Positions 12,801 through 24,800 of a stretch of DNA of 64,000 bases are shown in pieces (within the stretch, counting starts at the first letter, position 1; every line of letters starts with the position of its first letter). The notes below the pieces were generated by a model. The model was not told where the DNA came from. It was given only the letters and a program-made list of their open reading frames with translations, and made no database searches. The DNA lies in assembly GCA_052327205.1 (NCBI GenBank), contig CM126232.1, positions 35,402,001 through 35,466,000 on the forward strand, read 5' to 3'. Made by a program: the position numbers and the translations under genes. Origin of the DNA: Somniosus microcephalus (lineage: Eukaryota).

Positions 12801-15800
12801 AGGACGTCCCAAAGCGCTTTATAGCCAATGTTATAGCCAATGAAGTTCTATTGAAGTGTAGTCACTGTCAGTTGTCCCTTTAATTTTTCTTGGGCTGCAC
12901 GGCTCCTTTAAGGGTCTGCGTGGCCCATTCACAATACCGTGCCTGCGCGCATTTTCCTATTTCGAAGCCGGTGAGCCGGCAGCGAGGGAGCTGTAGAGCG
13001 CAGCACCACCACGCAGCTCAAAGGGAGCATTGGTCACTGTTGTAATGTATGAAATGAGGCAGACAATTTCAGCACAAACAGCAATGAGGTAACGATCAGA
13101 TAATCTGTTCCGTTGATCAAGGGATCAATATTGGCCAAGATTCCAGGGAGAACTCCCCTGCTCTTCTTCAAATACACCATGGGATCTTTTATATCCAACT
13201 GAGAGAGCAGACGATGCCTCGGTTTAACATCTCATCTGAAAGACAGCCCCTCCAACAGTGCAGCGCTCCCTCAGTGCTGCCCCTCCAACAGTGCGATGTT
13301 CCCTCAGTACTGCCCCTCCGACAGTGCAGCGCTCCCTCAGTACTGCCCCTCCAACAGTGCGACGTTCCCTCAGTACTGCCCCTCCGACAGTGCGGCGCTC
13401 CCTCAGTACTGCCCCTCCGACAGTGCAGCGCTCCCTCAGTACTGCCCCTCCAACAGTGCGACGTTCCCTCAGTACTGCCCCTCCGACAGTGCGGCATTCC
13501 CTCAGTACTGCCCCTGTGACAGTGCGACATTCCCTCAGTACTGCCCCTCCGACAGTGCGGCATTCCCTCAGTACTGCCCCTCCGACAGTGTAGCGTTCCC
13601 TCAGTACTGCCCCTCCGACAGTGCGGCGCTCCCTCAGTACTGCCCCTCCGACAGTGCGGCGCTCCCTCAGTACTGCCCCTCCGACAGTGCAGGGCTCCCT
13701 CAGTACTGCCCCTCTGACAGTGCGGCGCTCCCTTAGTACTGCCCCTCCGACAGTGCGGCGCTCCCTCAGTACTGCCCCTCCGACAGTGCGGCGCTCCCTC
13801 AGTACTGCCCCTCCGACAGTGCGGCGCTCCCTCAGTACTGCCCCTCCGACAGTGCGGCACTCCCTCAGTACCACACTTGAAGTGTCAGCCTAGATTTTTG
13901 TGGGACTTGAACCATACAATCTGACTCGGGGGCGAGAGTGCGACCCACTGAGCCGGTGGAAGGGAGGGAGTGATAGGTTCGGGAGTGGGAATATCACCAC
14001 GGGAATGACTTACCACTTTGTTTGATTGCTGAAGATGCCTCTGTTGGTACCGGTGTGTTGGGATTAACGTCTGATGCTGTTGAAACAAGAAGGCGATTCC
14101 AAATTATTTCCAGAAGGGAAAGCGTGGCTATAAATAACGCAAATGAAATAGGTTGACAGGCAGATGAAGGCCATCTATCATCAACAACAACAACAACTTG
14201 TATTTATATAGCGCCTTTAACGTAGTAAAATGTCACAAGGCGCTGCACAGGTGCATTGTAAGACAAAAATTTGACACCGAGCCACATAGGGATAAATTAG
14301 GGCAGGTGACCAAAAGCTTGGTCAAAGAGGTTGGTTTTAAGGAGCGTCTTAAAGGAGGAAAGAGAGGCAGAGAGGTTTATGGAGGGAATTCCGGAGCTTT
14401 AAGCCTAGGCAACAGAAGGCACGGCCGCCAATGGTGGAGCGATTATAATCAGGGATGCTCAAGTGGGCATAATTAGAGGAGCGCAGATATCTCGGGGGGG
14501 GTTGTGAGGCTGAAGAAGATTACAGAGATAGGGAGGGGCAAGGCCGTGGAGGGATTTAAAAACAAGGATGAGAATTTTGAAATCGTGACGTTGCCGGACC
14601 GGGAGTACAGGGGGTGATGGGATAACGGGACTTGGTGCGAGTTAGGACACGGGCAGCCGAGTTTTGGATGACCTCAAGTATACGGAGGGTAGAATGTAGG
14701 CAGTTAAATTGAATTCCTCAAATAATAAAAAAACATTAAATGTCAAAAATCTAAACATGCTGAGAGATTCACACTTAGAATTCCAGTGGGCTCCAAATTG
14801 TGAGCAGATGCATCACATCAAGTGTGAAGAATCAAAAGTTCCAGGGTTGTTTTGCACAGAAAATAATTCCCAAGTGTTCATCCTCTTTATAAATCACTGC
14901 TGCTTCTAACTGGGCTTTTCCGGGCTGGAATGATGGGCAGACCGGAAGCCTTAGGTTACGATAAGTGTGAGCGTGCTGGTTAGTTCCCTCAGTAACCCCT
15001 AGATGGCACCTTCACTTGTTTTTTTCCTTTTGCTAATTGTTACTAGTTTCTCCTGTGTTTATTACTTAACTGCCTTTCATCAGGTTTATTGGTTTCACCT
15101 GTTTTTGCTTGTATTTAAGTTCTGTGGTTTCTTCCCTCTGTGCTCAGTCTTGACAAGCCGTTTGCCTAGTGGTAGCTTGTCTTGAGCTCCTATGTTTGTA
15201 ACTGTTGACCTGTGTGATTCTAGTAAAGTACTTTTATTTAAGACTGCATACCTGCTTCTCGCCTCATCTGTCTGCACTTGGGTCCAGAACCAGCCTCGCC
15301 CTGACAGCAAGACTGCCCAGCTGGTTGTCCAGCATGTCTTCCGCCTCCATGGCTTGCCCCTGGATGTCGTCTCTGACCGTGGTCCCCAGTTCTCATCCAG
15401 GTTCTGGAAGGCTTTTTGTTCCCTCCTGGGCACTTCCGTCAGTCTCTCCTCTGGGTTCCACCCACAGTCTAACGGCCAGACTGAGAGAACCAACCAAGAT
15501 CTGGAGAGGGTGCTAAGAAGCTTTGTGTCCTCCCAGCCTTCCACCTGAAGCAAGTATCTGGTCTGGGCGGAGTACGTGCACAATACCCTTCAGAGCTCCT
15601 CCACTGGCCTCTCACCTTTCTAATGTCAATATGGCTTCCAACCGCCACTCTTCCCTGAACAGGAGAGGGAGGTAGGAGTCCCGGCTGCCCAGGGGTTCGT
15701 CCAACACTGCCGCCGTACCTGGAGGAGGGTCCGATCCGCCTTGCAGCTCGCTTCTTCTCGGCAGAAAGTGCAGGCTGACCGACACCATCGCCAAGCTCCT

Positions 15801-18800
15801 CGGTTCCGGACCGGACAGAAGGTCTGGCTGTCTACCCGGAATCTTTCGCTCCATGTGGAGCCCCGCAAGTTGGCTCCCGGGTTCATCGGACCTTTTAGGA
15901 TTTTGGAAAAAGTAAACCCTGTGGCCTACCGGCTCCTCCTTCCTCGGTCGATGAAGATACATCCCACGGTTCATGTCTCTCACCTCAAGCCGGTACTTAC
16001 CAGTCCCTTGGTTCCTGCTTCCAGCCCTCCCCCCCCGCCCTGCATGATTGACGGTCAGCATGCCTACACTGTCCGTCGCCTCCTTGATAGTCGCCGGGTT
16101 AGGAGGAGCATTCAATACCTGGTCGACTGGGAGGGTTATGGTCCTGAAGAGCGTTCCTGGGTTCCAGCCCGGGACATTTTGGATCCTGAACTCATCAGGG
16201 ATTTTTGCCATCGCCACCCTGATCATCCAGGAGGAATGTCAGGAGCCGTTCCTAGGGGAGGGGGTCCTGTGAGGGTGCCAGTTAGTTCCCTCAGTAACCC
16301 CTAGATGGCACCTTCGCTTGTTGTTTTCCCTTTGCTAATTGTTACTAGTTTCTCCTGTGTTTATTACTTAACTGCATTTCATCTGGTTTATTGGTTTCAC
16401 CTGTTTTTGCTTGTACTTAAGTTCTGTGGTTTCTACCCTCTGTGCTCAGTCTTGACAAGCCGTTTGCCTAGTGGTAGCTTGTCTTGGGCTCCTATGTTTG
16501 TAACTGTTTACCTGTGTGATTCTACGAAAGTACTTTTATTTAAGACTGCATACCTGCTTCTCGCCTCGTCTGTCTGCACTTGGGTCCAGAGCCAGCCTCG
16601 CCCTGACAGACAAGCCCCTGTCCCGCATTTGTCCAAAACGTCCCACAGAGGCCATTTATCCCCTTGAGTCTGCTCCGCCATTCAATGAGATCAGTGCTTA
16701 TACTCAAACACCTTTCAAGGTGGAGGAGGTGAGGTGATCGTGGAGGGGAGCAGGGACAGAACGTGACCTGAAACCCTGGTGCCCAGAACTGGTCTCCTTC
16801 CTATTATCTGTTGAGACCAACCTGGCCACAAACACAACTTTTCAGTAGCAATATGTCGTAGAATTTACAAAGAAGGTGTTCGGCTCCTGGTTTCCACGTG
16901 ATGAATGCAGCGTCAGAGCCAGCCCGTTGGGAGGGAGGCACCATGAAACGGAGACAGGGACCTCCTTAGAGAGACGGAGAGGGAACAGAGGCTGAGGGAG
17001 AGCAGGTCTGTCCTCACTCCCCGCTTGACCAGAGAATGGCGGAGAGCTTGGGGAGACTTAACCAAAAAAAACCGCAACTTACAGAAATGATTTCAGTAAC
17101 TTACTTGTGTCTTGAATCTTGGTCGGTGCGGTCGGTTCTTTGGTCGGCTCCTGCTTCATTTCTGTGCCTAACGCTGAGACTGAAAGACAGATTGAAATGA
17201 CCGCTGTCATCAAAAAAACAGCAGCTGAACGTCAAAAACAGAAGAATTTTGGGGGAGAAGTTCGGTGGGTTAGCGCCTCCTGTTAAGGCCCCGGGAGGGG
17301 GCGATAACGAGGCGCTAATGACTTGCCGCCCGGGTACGGCGAGATGAGCGACTCCCACTAACTTGGCCAACAGGTTTGCGCCAGTGCTAAAACCTTGCGC
17401 CTCCATCTCCTGCGCCCGGAGACGGTGACATCATGGGTGTGCGCATCGCCCCGGCAGCGCCCCGGACCCGAACTTCGGCTCCGTCCCATTGCAGCACCAC
17501 CGGGCGACGACAGCGACAGCTGCAGGAGGCGTTGTTCGGGAGGCCGGGCGCTTCGGGGGGTCGGGGGGGAGGGCGGGAGTTCAAGGGGAGGTTGCTGAGG
17601 TAAGGAGCAAAATTTCTAAAAAAAATTTTGAGCAATTTCTTCCAATTCTCCTGGGCCGCGATCGATCGGCCCGGCGCTCTGCTGGAGAGCGCGGGGCTGG
17701 TCAGGCCGAAATGCGGCCGCCGTCAGGGAACCAGCTCACTGGTCCCAGTGCAGAGCCTCCAGCGACGGCCCCTTCGCTTTAAGGGAGGGAAGGAGCCTCG
17801 GATCACGGCAGCGCTGCACCACTCCCGCCCCGGCCAGCGTCCTGTAGCGAAACTCCAATGTCGTGAAAGCTGGAAATCATTAGTGCCTGGCGCTATGTTT
17901 CCCAGCTTTCAAAAGTTACCACTCCCCCCCAAAACGGGGCGATAATGAATTTCTCCCCCTTTAAGTCAACCATTTTCAGGAAGAGTGACGAAAAAAATGT
18001 TTAGGATTTATCAGCTTTTATTTCGGATGCAATCATCACTCACACCTCACTCCTTATTTTATTGATCAACCTTGACAATTCTCCAAAGGCAGTCAAAGGA
18101 ATCGCCGCGGTTTATAACATGTTTACACCATCTCTCATTTCAAAAAAAAAAACCCCACTTGGAACCAGTATTGAAGGAAATAAACTTTCACGTCAGACCC
18201 CAGTCAAGGAAGCCTCAGAATATTTCTTCTGAGGGAAGATGAAACTTTGTGCAGGTTGCATTTCAGCAGCTTCTTTGGTATTTGTCATTTTTACTTATTC
18301 ATTCGTGAGATGTGTGCATCGCTGGCAAGGCCGGCATTTATTGCCCGTCCCTAGTTGCCCTCGAGAAGGTGGTGGTGAGCCGCCTTCTTGAACCGCTGCA
18401 GTCCGTGTGGTGAAGGTGCTCCCACGGTGCTGTTAGGGAGGGAGTTCCAGGATTTTGACCCAGCGACGATGAAGGATCGGCCGATATACTTCCAAGTTAG
18501 GATGGTGTGTGAGTTGGAGGGGAACTTGGAGGTGGTGGTGTTCCCATGCGCCTGCTGCCCTTGTCCTTCTAGGCGGAAGAGGTCGCGGGTTTGGGAGGTG
18601 CTGCCGAAGAAGAAAAACTTCTTTGGAGACAAGCAGCAAATAAACAAATCTGTGCAGCTGGAACTCTCAGAAACCAACAGCTCAATTTTAACGTTTTTCT
18701 ACCTCAAAGGTTGTACACAACAGACAATGGGAGCTAGCAAGATCTGATTGGTGCCAGTCCCACTGCCCAACATACCTCATCTGACTAGAGATATCAGTCC

Positions 18801-21800
18801 CACCCTCCGGCGATCTGACTGGTTAATCCGGACAACCTCCAACACCAGTGGGAGATGGTGGATTTTCTTGTCCAACTCTGACACCTAGGTTGAAACACTG
18901 CCTGCTTAAAAAACTAATAGTTGCATGGTTTATAACTGAAGTGGAACCCTTCAGTAAAATTACATCCTATTCTTGCACCTTGCCATCTATAATTCCAAAT
19001 GGTCAAATTAAGCGAATTAATCTTGAAGTGTATAATGAATATTGAAAGAGATTGTGAGTCACCTTTATCATTGCTACTGTTCACTTTCGCATCTCTGTCT
19101 TTCTGTCTGAGATTTAATGCTGAAAGGTGACATGAGTTTACACATTGTTATCCTCTGTGAACATACTACTGTACATGGATTTGCATCTTAGTGCCAGGGC
19201 TGAGGGAGTGCTGCACTGCCAGAGGTGCCGTGTTCCAGGTGAGACGTTAAACCGAGGCCCCGTCTGCCCTCTCAGGTAGGGGTAAAAGGACCCGCGGCCA
19301 CTATTCGAAAAAGAGCAGGGGAGCCCTCCCCGGGTGTACTGGCCAAACATTTATCCTTAAACCAATACCACTAAAAAACAAACATTTATCTCATCGCTGT
19401 TTCTGGGCTCCTGCTGTGCACCAATTGGTTGCCGCGTTTCCTCCATTCGGTGTCGGAGCCAGTCCATTGAGAGGGAGGCACCATGAAACGGAGACAGAGA
19501 CCTCCTTAGAGAGACGGAGAGGGAACAGAGGCTGAGGGAGAGAAGGTCTGTCCTCCCTCCCCGCTTGGCCAGAGCTTGGGGAGACTTAACCAAAAACACA
19601 ACTTACAGAAATGATTTCAATCACTTACTGTTAACTTGATTGGTGGACAGTTGGGACAGCTCCTGTTTCAATGCTGCTCTGAACGCTGAGACTGAAAGAC
19701 AGATCGAAATGACCTCCGTCATCAAATAAACAGCAGCTGAACGTCAAAAACAAAAGACTTTGAGGCAACCATTTTCTTACACTGTGACCAGCCGTATTTT
19801 TAAGGTGTTTCAGCCTTTATTTCACTGTATGTTGTGGAGAGATAGATTACTCTGTACTTCTACCGATGGAATTAAATGTCTTGTGGGACTTTGGAAAGTC
19901 TCCATGGAATGTGGAAAGCTCTTTTTATCGTAATTTAATAAATTCTGAATGAATCCACTTTGTATTGCGAAAGAAAAGCTATGATTTCTAGACAACTATG
20001 TTAGGTAAACCATGGTGATTGGCTCAAATAATACATGAACTAGATTGATTCCTGGGATGAGAGGGTTGTCCTATGAGGAGAGATTGTGTAGAATGGGCCG
20101 ATACTCTCTGGAGTTTAGAAGAATGAGAGGTGATCTCATTGAAACATACAAGATTCTGAGGGGGATTGACAGGGTAGATGCTGAGAGGTTGTTTCCCCCT
20201 GGCTGGAGAGTCTAGAACTAGGGGTCACAGTCTCAGGATAAGGGGTCGGCCATTTAAGACTGAGATGAGGAGGAATTTCATCACTCAGAGGGTTGTGAAT
20301 CTTTGGAATTCTCTGCCCCAGAGGGCTGTGGATGTTCAGTCGTTGAGTATATTCAAGGCTGAGATCAATAGATTTTTGGACTCTAGGGGAATCAAGGGAT
20401 ATGGAGATTGGGCGGGAAAGTGGAGTTGAGGTCGATGATCAGCCATGATCTTATTAAATGGCGGAGCAGGCTCGAGCGACCGTATGCCCTACTCCTGCAC
20501 TTATTTCTTATGTTCTTAACTAAAAAATGACCAATCAAAACCCATCCCCATTCACTAAATAATTGAGATAAAGCTACAGTCAATAATGATCAAAAGCCAA
20601 CTGAAGGGGTTTGATAGGGTAGACGTAGAGAAGATGTTTCTACTTGTGGGGGAGACCAGAACTAGGGGCCATAAATATAAGATAGTCACTGAGAACACGG
20701 ACAGCAGCGGTTCAAGGAGGCGGCTCACCACCACCTTCTCAAGGGCAAGTAGGGATGGGCAATAAATGATGGCCTTGCCAGCGACGCCCACATCCCAGGA
20801 ATGAATTTAAAAAATGTTTCCACTTGTGGGAGGGACCAGAGCTAGAGGCCATCAATATAAGACAGTCACTAATAAATCCAATAGGGAATTCAGGAGAAAC
20901 TTCTTTACCCAGAGAGTGGTGAGAATGTGGAACTCGCTGCCACAGGGAGTGGTCGAGGTGAATAGCACAGATGGAATTTAAGGCGAAGCTCAATTAAACG
21001 CATGAGGGCGAAAGGAATAGAAGGTTATGTTGCTAGGGTGGGAGGGAGGCACCATGAAACGGAAACAGAGACCTCCTTAGAGAGACGGAGAGGGAACAGA
21101 GGCTGAGGGAGAGAAGGTCTGTCCTCACACCCCGCTTGGCCAGAGAATGGTGGAGAGCTTGGGAAGACTTAACCAAAAAAACACAACTTACAGAAATGAT
21201 TTCAATCACTTACTGTTAACTTGGTTGGTGGACAGTTTGGACAGCTCCTGTTTCATTTCTGCTCTGAACGCTGAGACTGAAAGACAGATCGAAATGACAA
21301 CCGTCATCAAATAAACAGCAGCTGAATGTCAAAAACAAAAGACTTTGAGGCAACCATTTTCTTAAACTGTGACCAGCCGTATTTTTAAGGTGTTTCAGCC
21401 TTTATTTCACTGTATGTTGTGGAGAGATAGATTACACTGTACTTCTACCGATGGAATTAAATGTCTTGTGGGACTTTGGAAAGTCTCCATGGAACGTGAA
21501 AAGCTCTTCGTATTGTAACTTAATAAATTCTGAATGAATCCACTTTGTATTGCGAAAGAAAAGCTATGATTTCTAGACAACTATGTTAGGTAAACCATGG
21601 TGATTGGCTCAAATAATACATGAGCTAGATTGATTCCTGGGATGAGAGGGTTGTCCTATGAGGAGAGATTGAGTAGATTGGGCCGATACTCTCTGGAGTT
21701 TAGAAGAATGAGAGGTGATCTCATTGAAACATACAAGATTCTGAGGGGGATTGACAGGGTAGATGCTGAGAGATTGTTTCCCCTGGCTGGAGAGTCTAGA

Positions 21801-24800
21801 ACTAGGGGGCATAGTCTCAGGATAAGGGGTCGGCCATTTAAGACTGAGATGAGGAGGAATTTCTTCACTCAGAGGGTGGTGAATCTTTGGAATTCTCTGC
21901 CCCAGAGGGCTGTGAATGCTCAGTCGTTGAGTATATTCAAGGCTGAGATCGATAGATTTTTGGACTCTAGGGGAATCAAGGGATATGGAGATCGGGCGGG
22001 AAAGTGGAGTTGAGGTCGATGATCAGCCATGATCTTATTGAATGGCGGAGCAGGCTTGAGGGGCCGAATGGCCGACTCCTGCTCTTATTTCATATGTTCT
22101 TATGTTCTTAACTAAAAGATGACCAATCAAAAACCATCCCCATTCACTAAATAATTGAGATAAAGCTACAGTCAATAATGATCAATGACCAGCTGAAGGG
22201 GTTTGATAGGGTAGACGTAGAGAAGATGTTTCTACTTGTGGGGGAGACCAGAACTAGGGGCCATCAATATAAGATAGTCACTCAGAACACTGACTGCAGC
22301 GGTTCAAGGAGGCGGCTCACCACCACCTTCTCAAGGGCAAGTAGGGATGGGCAATAAATGATGGCCTTGCCAGCGACGCCCACATCCGAGTAATGAATTT
22401 AAAAAATGTTTCCACTTGTGGGAGGGACCAGAACTGGAGGCCATCAATATAAGACAGTCACTAATAAATCCAATAGGATATTCAGGAGAGACTTCTTTAC
22501 CCAGAGAGTGGTGAGAATGTGGAACTCGCTGCCACAGGGAGTGGTCGAGGTGAATAGCACAGATGGTATTTAAGGCGAAGCTCAATTAAACACATGAGGG
22601 CGAAAGGAATAGAAGGTTATGTTGCTAGGGTGGGAGGGAGGCACCATGAAACGGAAACAGAGACCTCCTTAGAGAGACGGAGAGGGAACAGAGGCTGAGG
22701 GAGAGAAGGTCTGTCCTCACTCCCCACTTGGCCAGAGAATGGTGGAGAGCTAGGGAAGACTTAACCAAAAAAACACAACTTACAGAAATGATTTCAATCA
22801 CTTACTGTTAACTTGATTGGTGGACAGTTTGGACAGCTCCTGTTTCATTTCTGCTCTGAACGCTGAGACTGAAAGACAGATCGAAATGACAACCGTCATC
22901 AAATAAACAGCAGCTGAATGTCAAAAACAAAAGACTTTGAGGCAACCATTTTCTTAAACTGTGACCAGCCGTATTTTTAAGGCGTTTCAGCCTTTATTTC
23001 ACTGTATGTTGTAGAGAGATAGATTACTCTGTACTTCTACCGATGGAATTAAATGTCTTGTGGGACTTTGGAAAGTCTCCATGGAATGTGGAAAGCTCTT
23101 CGTATTGTAACTTAATAAATTCTGAATGAATCCACTTTGTATTGCTAAAGAAAAGCTATGATTTCTAGACAACTATGTCAGGTAAACCATGATGATTGGC
23201 TCAAATAATACATGAACTAGATTGATTCCTGGGATGAGAGGGTTGTCCCATGAAGAGAGATGGAGTAGATTGGGCCGATACTCTCTGGAGTTTAGAAGAA
23301 TGAGGTGATCTCATTGAAACATACAAGATTCTGGGGGGATTGACAGGGTAAATGCTGAGAGATTGTTTCCCCCTGGCTGGAGAGTCCAGAACTAGGGGGT
23401 GTTGTGTATGTACCTTTAAGAGAATAACTGGTCTCAGACTGCAGTACCGGCAGTGACCACTCCTGTATAAAAGGCGCTAGAGAGCCTCTGTTGGTTCGTT
23501 TCGTTTATGCCTTTCACCAGTAAAGACTTGTTTGTTTCTCTCCTGCTAGTCCGTGTCTCAATCATTCACGGACTTAACACTGGCGACGAGTTAGAAACGA
23601 ACTTACCTGCAACTCAGCAGCAGCTCCGACGACGTGTTGAAGGTCGGAGCCAGAAGAAAGAAAAAAAAAGAAAAAAGAAAAAAAAATAGGCCATTGAAAC
23701 TCGAGAAACGGGCGTCGACCGTCAATCATCGATTTCAAAACTTGCAGGAGAGACTGTCCAGAGCCAGGCTGGGTTCCTCGGTCCGTGGTTTCCCAGCTAA
23801 TCGGGCTGGTGGCAGGTAGTGCTCTGATCCTTCCTGGGCTGCAACGGGGCCGGGCAGCGAGTCGGGAAGCAAGGAGAGAGAGAGAGGGTGGAGCATACAG
23901 GGCGCGGGCGGTGTTTCGAAGCTGGGCAGCGTTCGGACCTCAGAAGAGGGAGGGAAGTGTCCCAGAGGGTCCGCTCCACAACGGGAAGATAATAAAAGAA
24001 AACGAATTAATATTTAACGCGCAGGAAACCGTGGAAAGCAGCGCTAACAACAACGGGGAAGAAGGAAAAGCGCGGGAGGCGCCATTTTGTTAAATCGGAG
24101 AAGAAGGCAAAGCGCGGGAGGCGCCATTTTAGATTTGCAAGATGCCGAAGACTGGCTGTATCACTGCTTTTGATAATACATTAGAGGACTGGACCACGTA
24201 TGTGGAAAGAGTCGAGGTATATTTCGAGGCAAATGAAATAGCGGAGGGGAAAAAGGCATCAATATTGCTAAAAGTAATGGGCGCTAGAACGTACGGCCTA
24301 TTGCGGGATCTGATTACTCCAGCCAAACCGAAGGCAAAGAGTTTTAACGAAATTGTTGCTGTTCTACAGGAGCACTTAAACCCTGCACCGCTGTTGATAG
24401 CAGAAAGATTTAAATTCCACAGGAGAACTCAGCACAAAGATGAGAGCAATGCTGAGTATCTTACGGAACTACGCAAGCTATCAAAGCACTGCCAGTTCGG
24501 AGCAGGACTGGCAGATACCCTACGGGACAAATTTGTCTGTGGACTCCTGAGTGAAGGAACACAGAAGAAGTTACTCGCAGAAAAAGAGCTGACGCTAGAT
24601 AAGGCTTTCAGCGTGGCAGTATCGTATGAAGCAGCAGCCAGGGGAGCTGCAGAAATTCAACAAAAACCACAGGAATACGGCACCCACGAAATGACACGGG
24701 GATTTGCAAAATGTTATAGCTGCAGCAGAACTAACCATGACCAGAAGGACTGCTGGTCCAAAGACAAAATATGCAGACAATGCGGGAAGATTGGACACAT

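Larger units (their letters stand above)
10910..14660. repeat. Tandem duplication of about 1.75-2.0 kb (SINE, 63-nt exon, L2 fragment)
   Basis: aataaggacct...gtaagagagcc restarts at about 10910 and 12657; a partial third copy of the SINE and flank lies at about 10020-10696. Confidence 0.9.

Noticed and set aside
13189-13893. Long repetitive ORFs ([33 protein letters not shown]) here and at 1260-1944, 9694-10609 and 11444-12008
   Set aside because: Translations of a 33-bp (11-codon) SINE-internal minisatellite that is open in several frames on both strands.
21630-22013. Recurrent ORFs of the type [14 protein letters not shown]...[14 protein letters not shown] across the window
   Set aside because: C-terminal CR1 ORF2 remnants from 5'-truncated insertions, not host genes.
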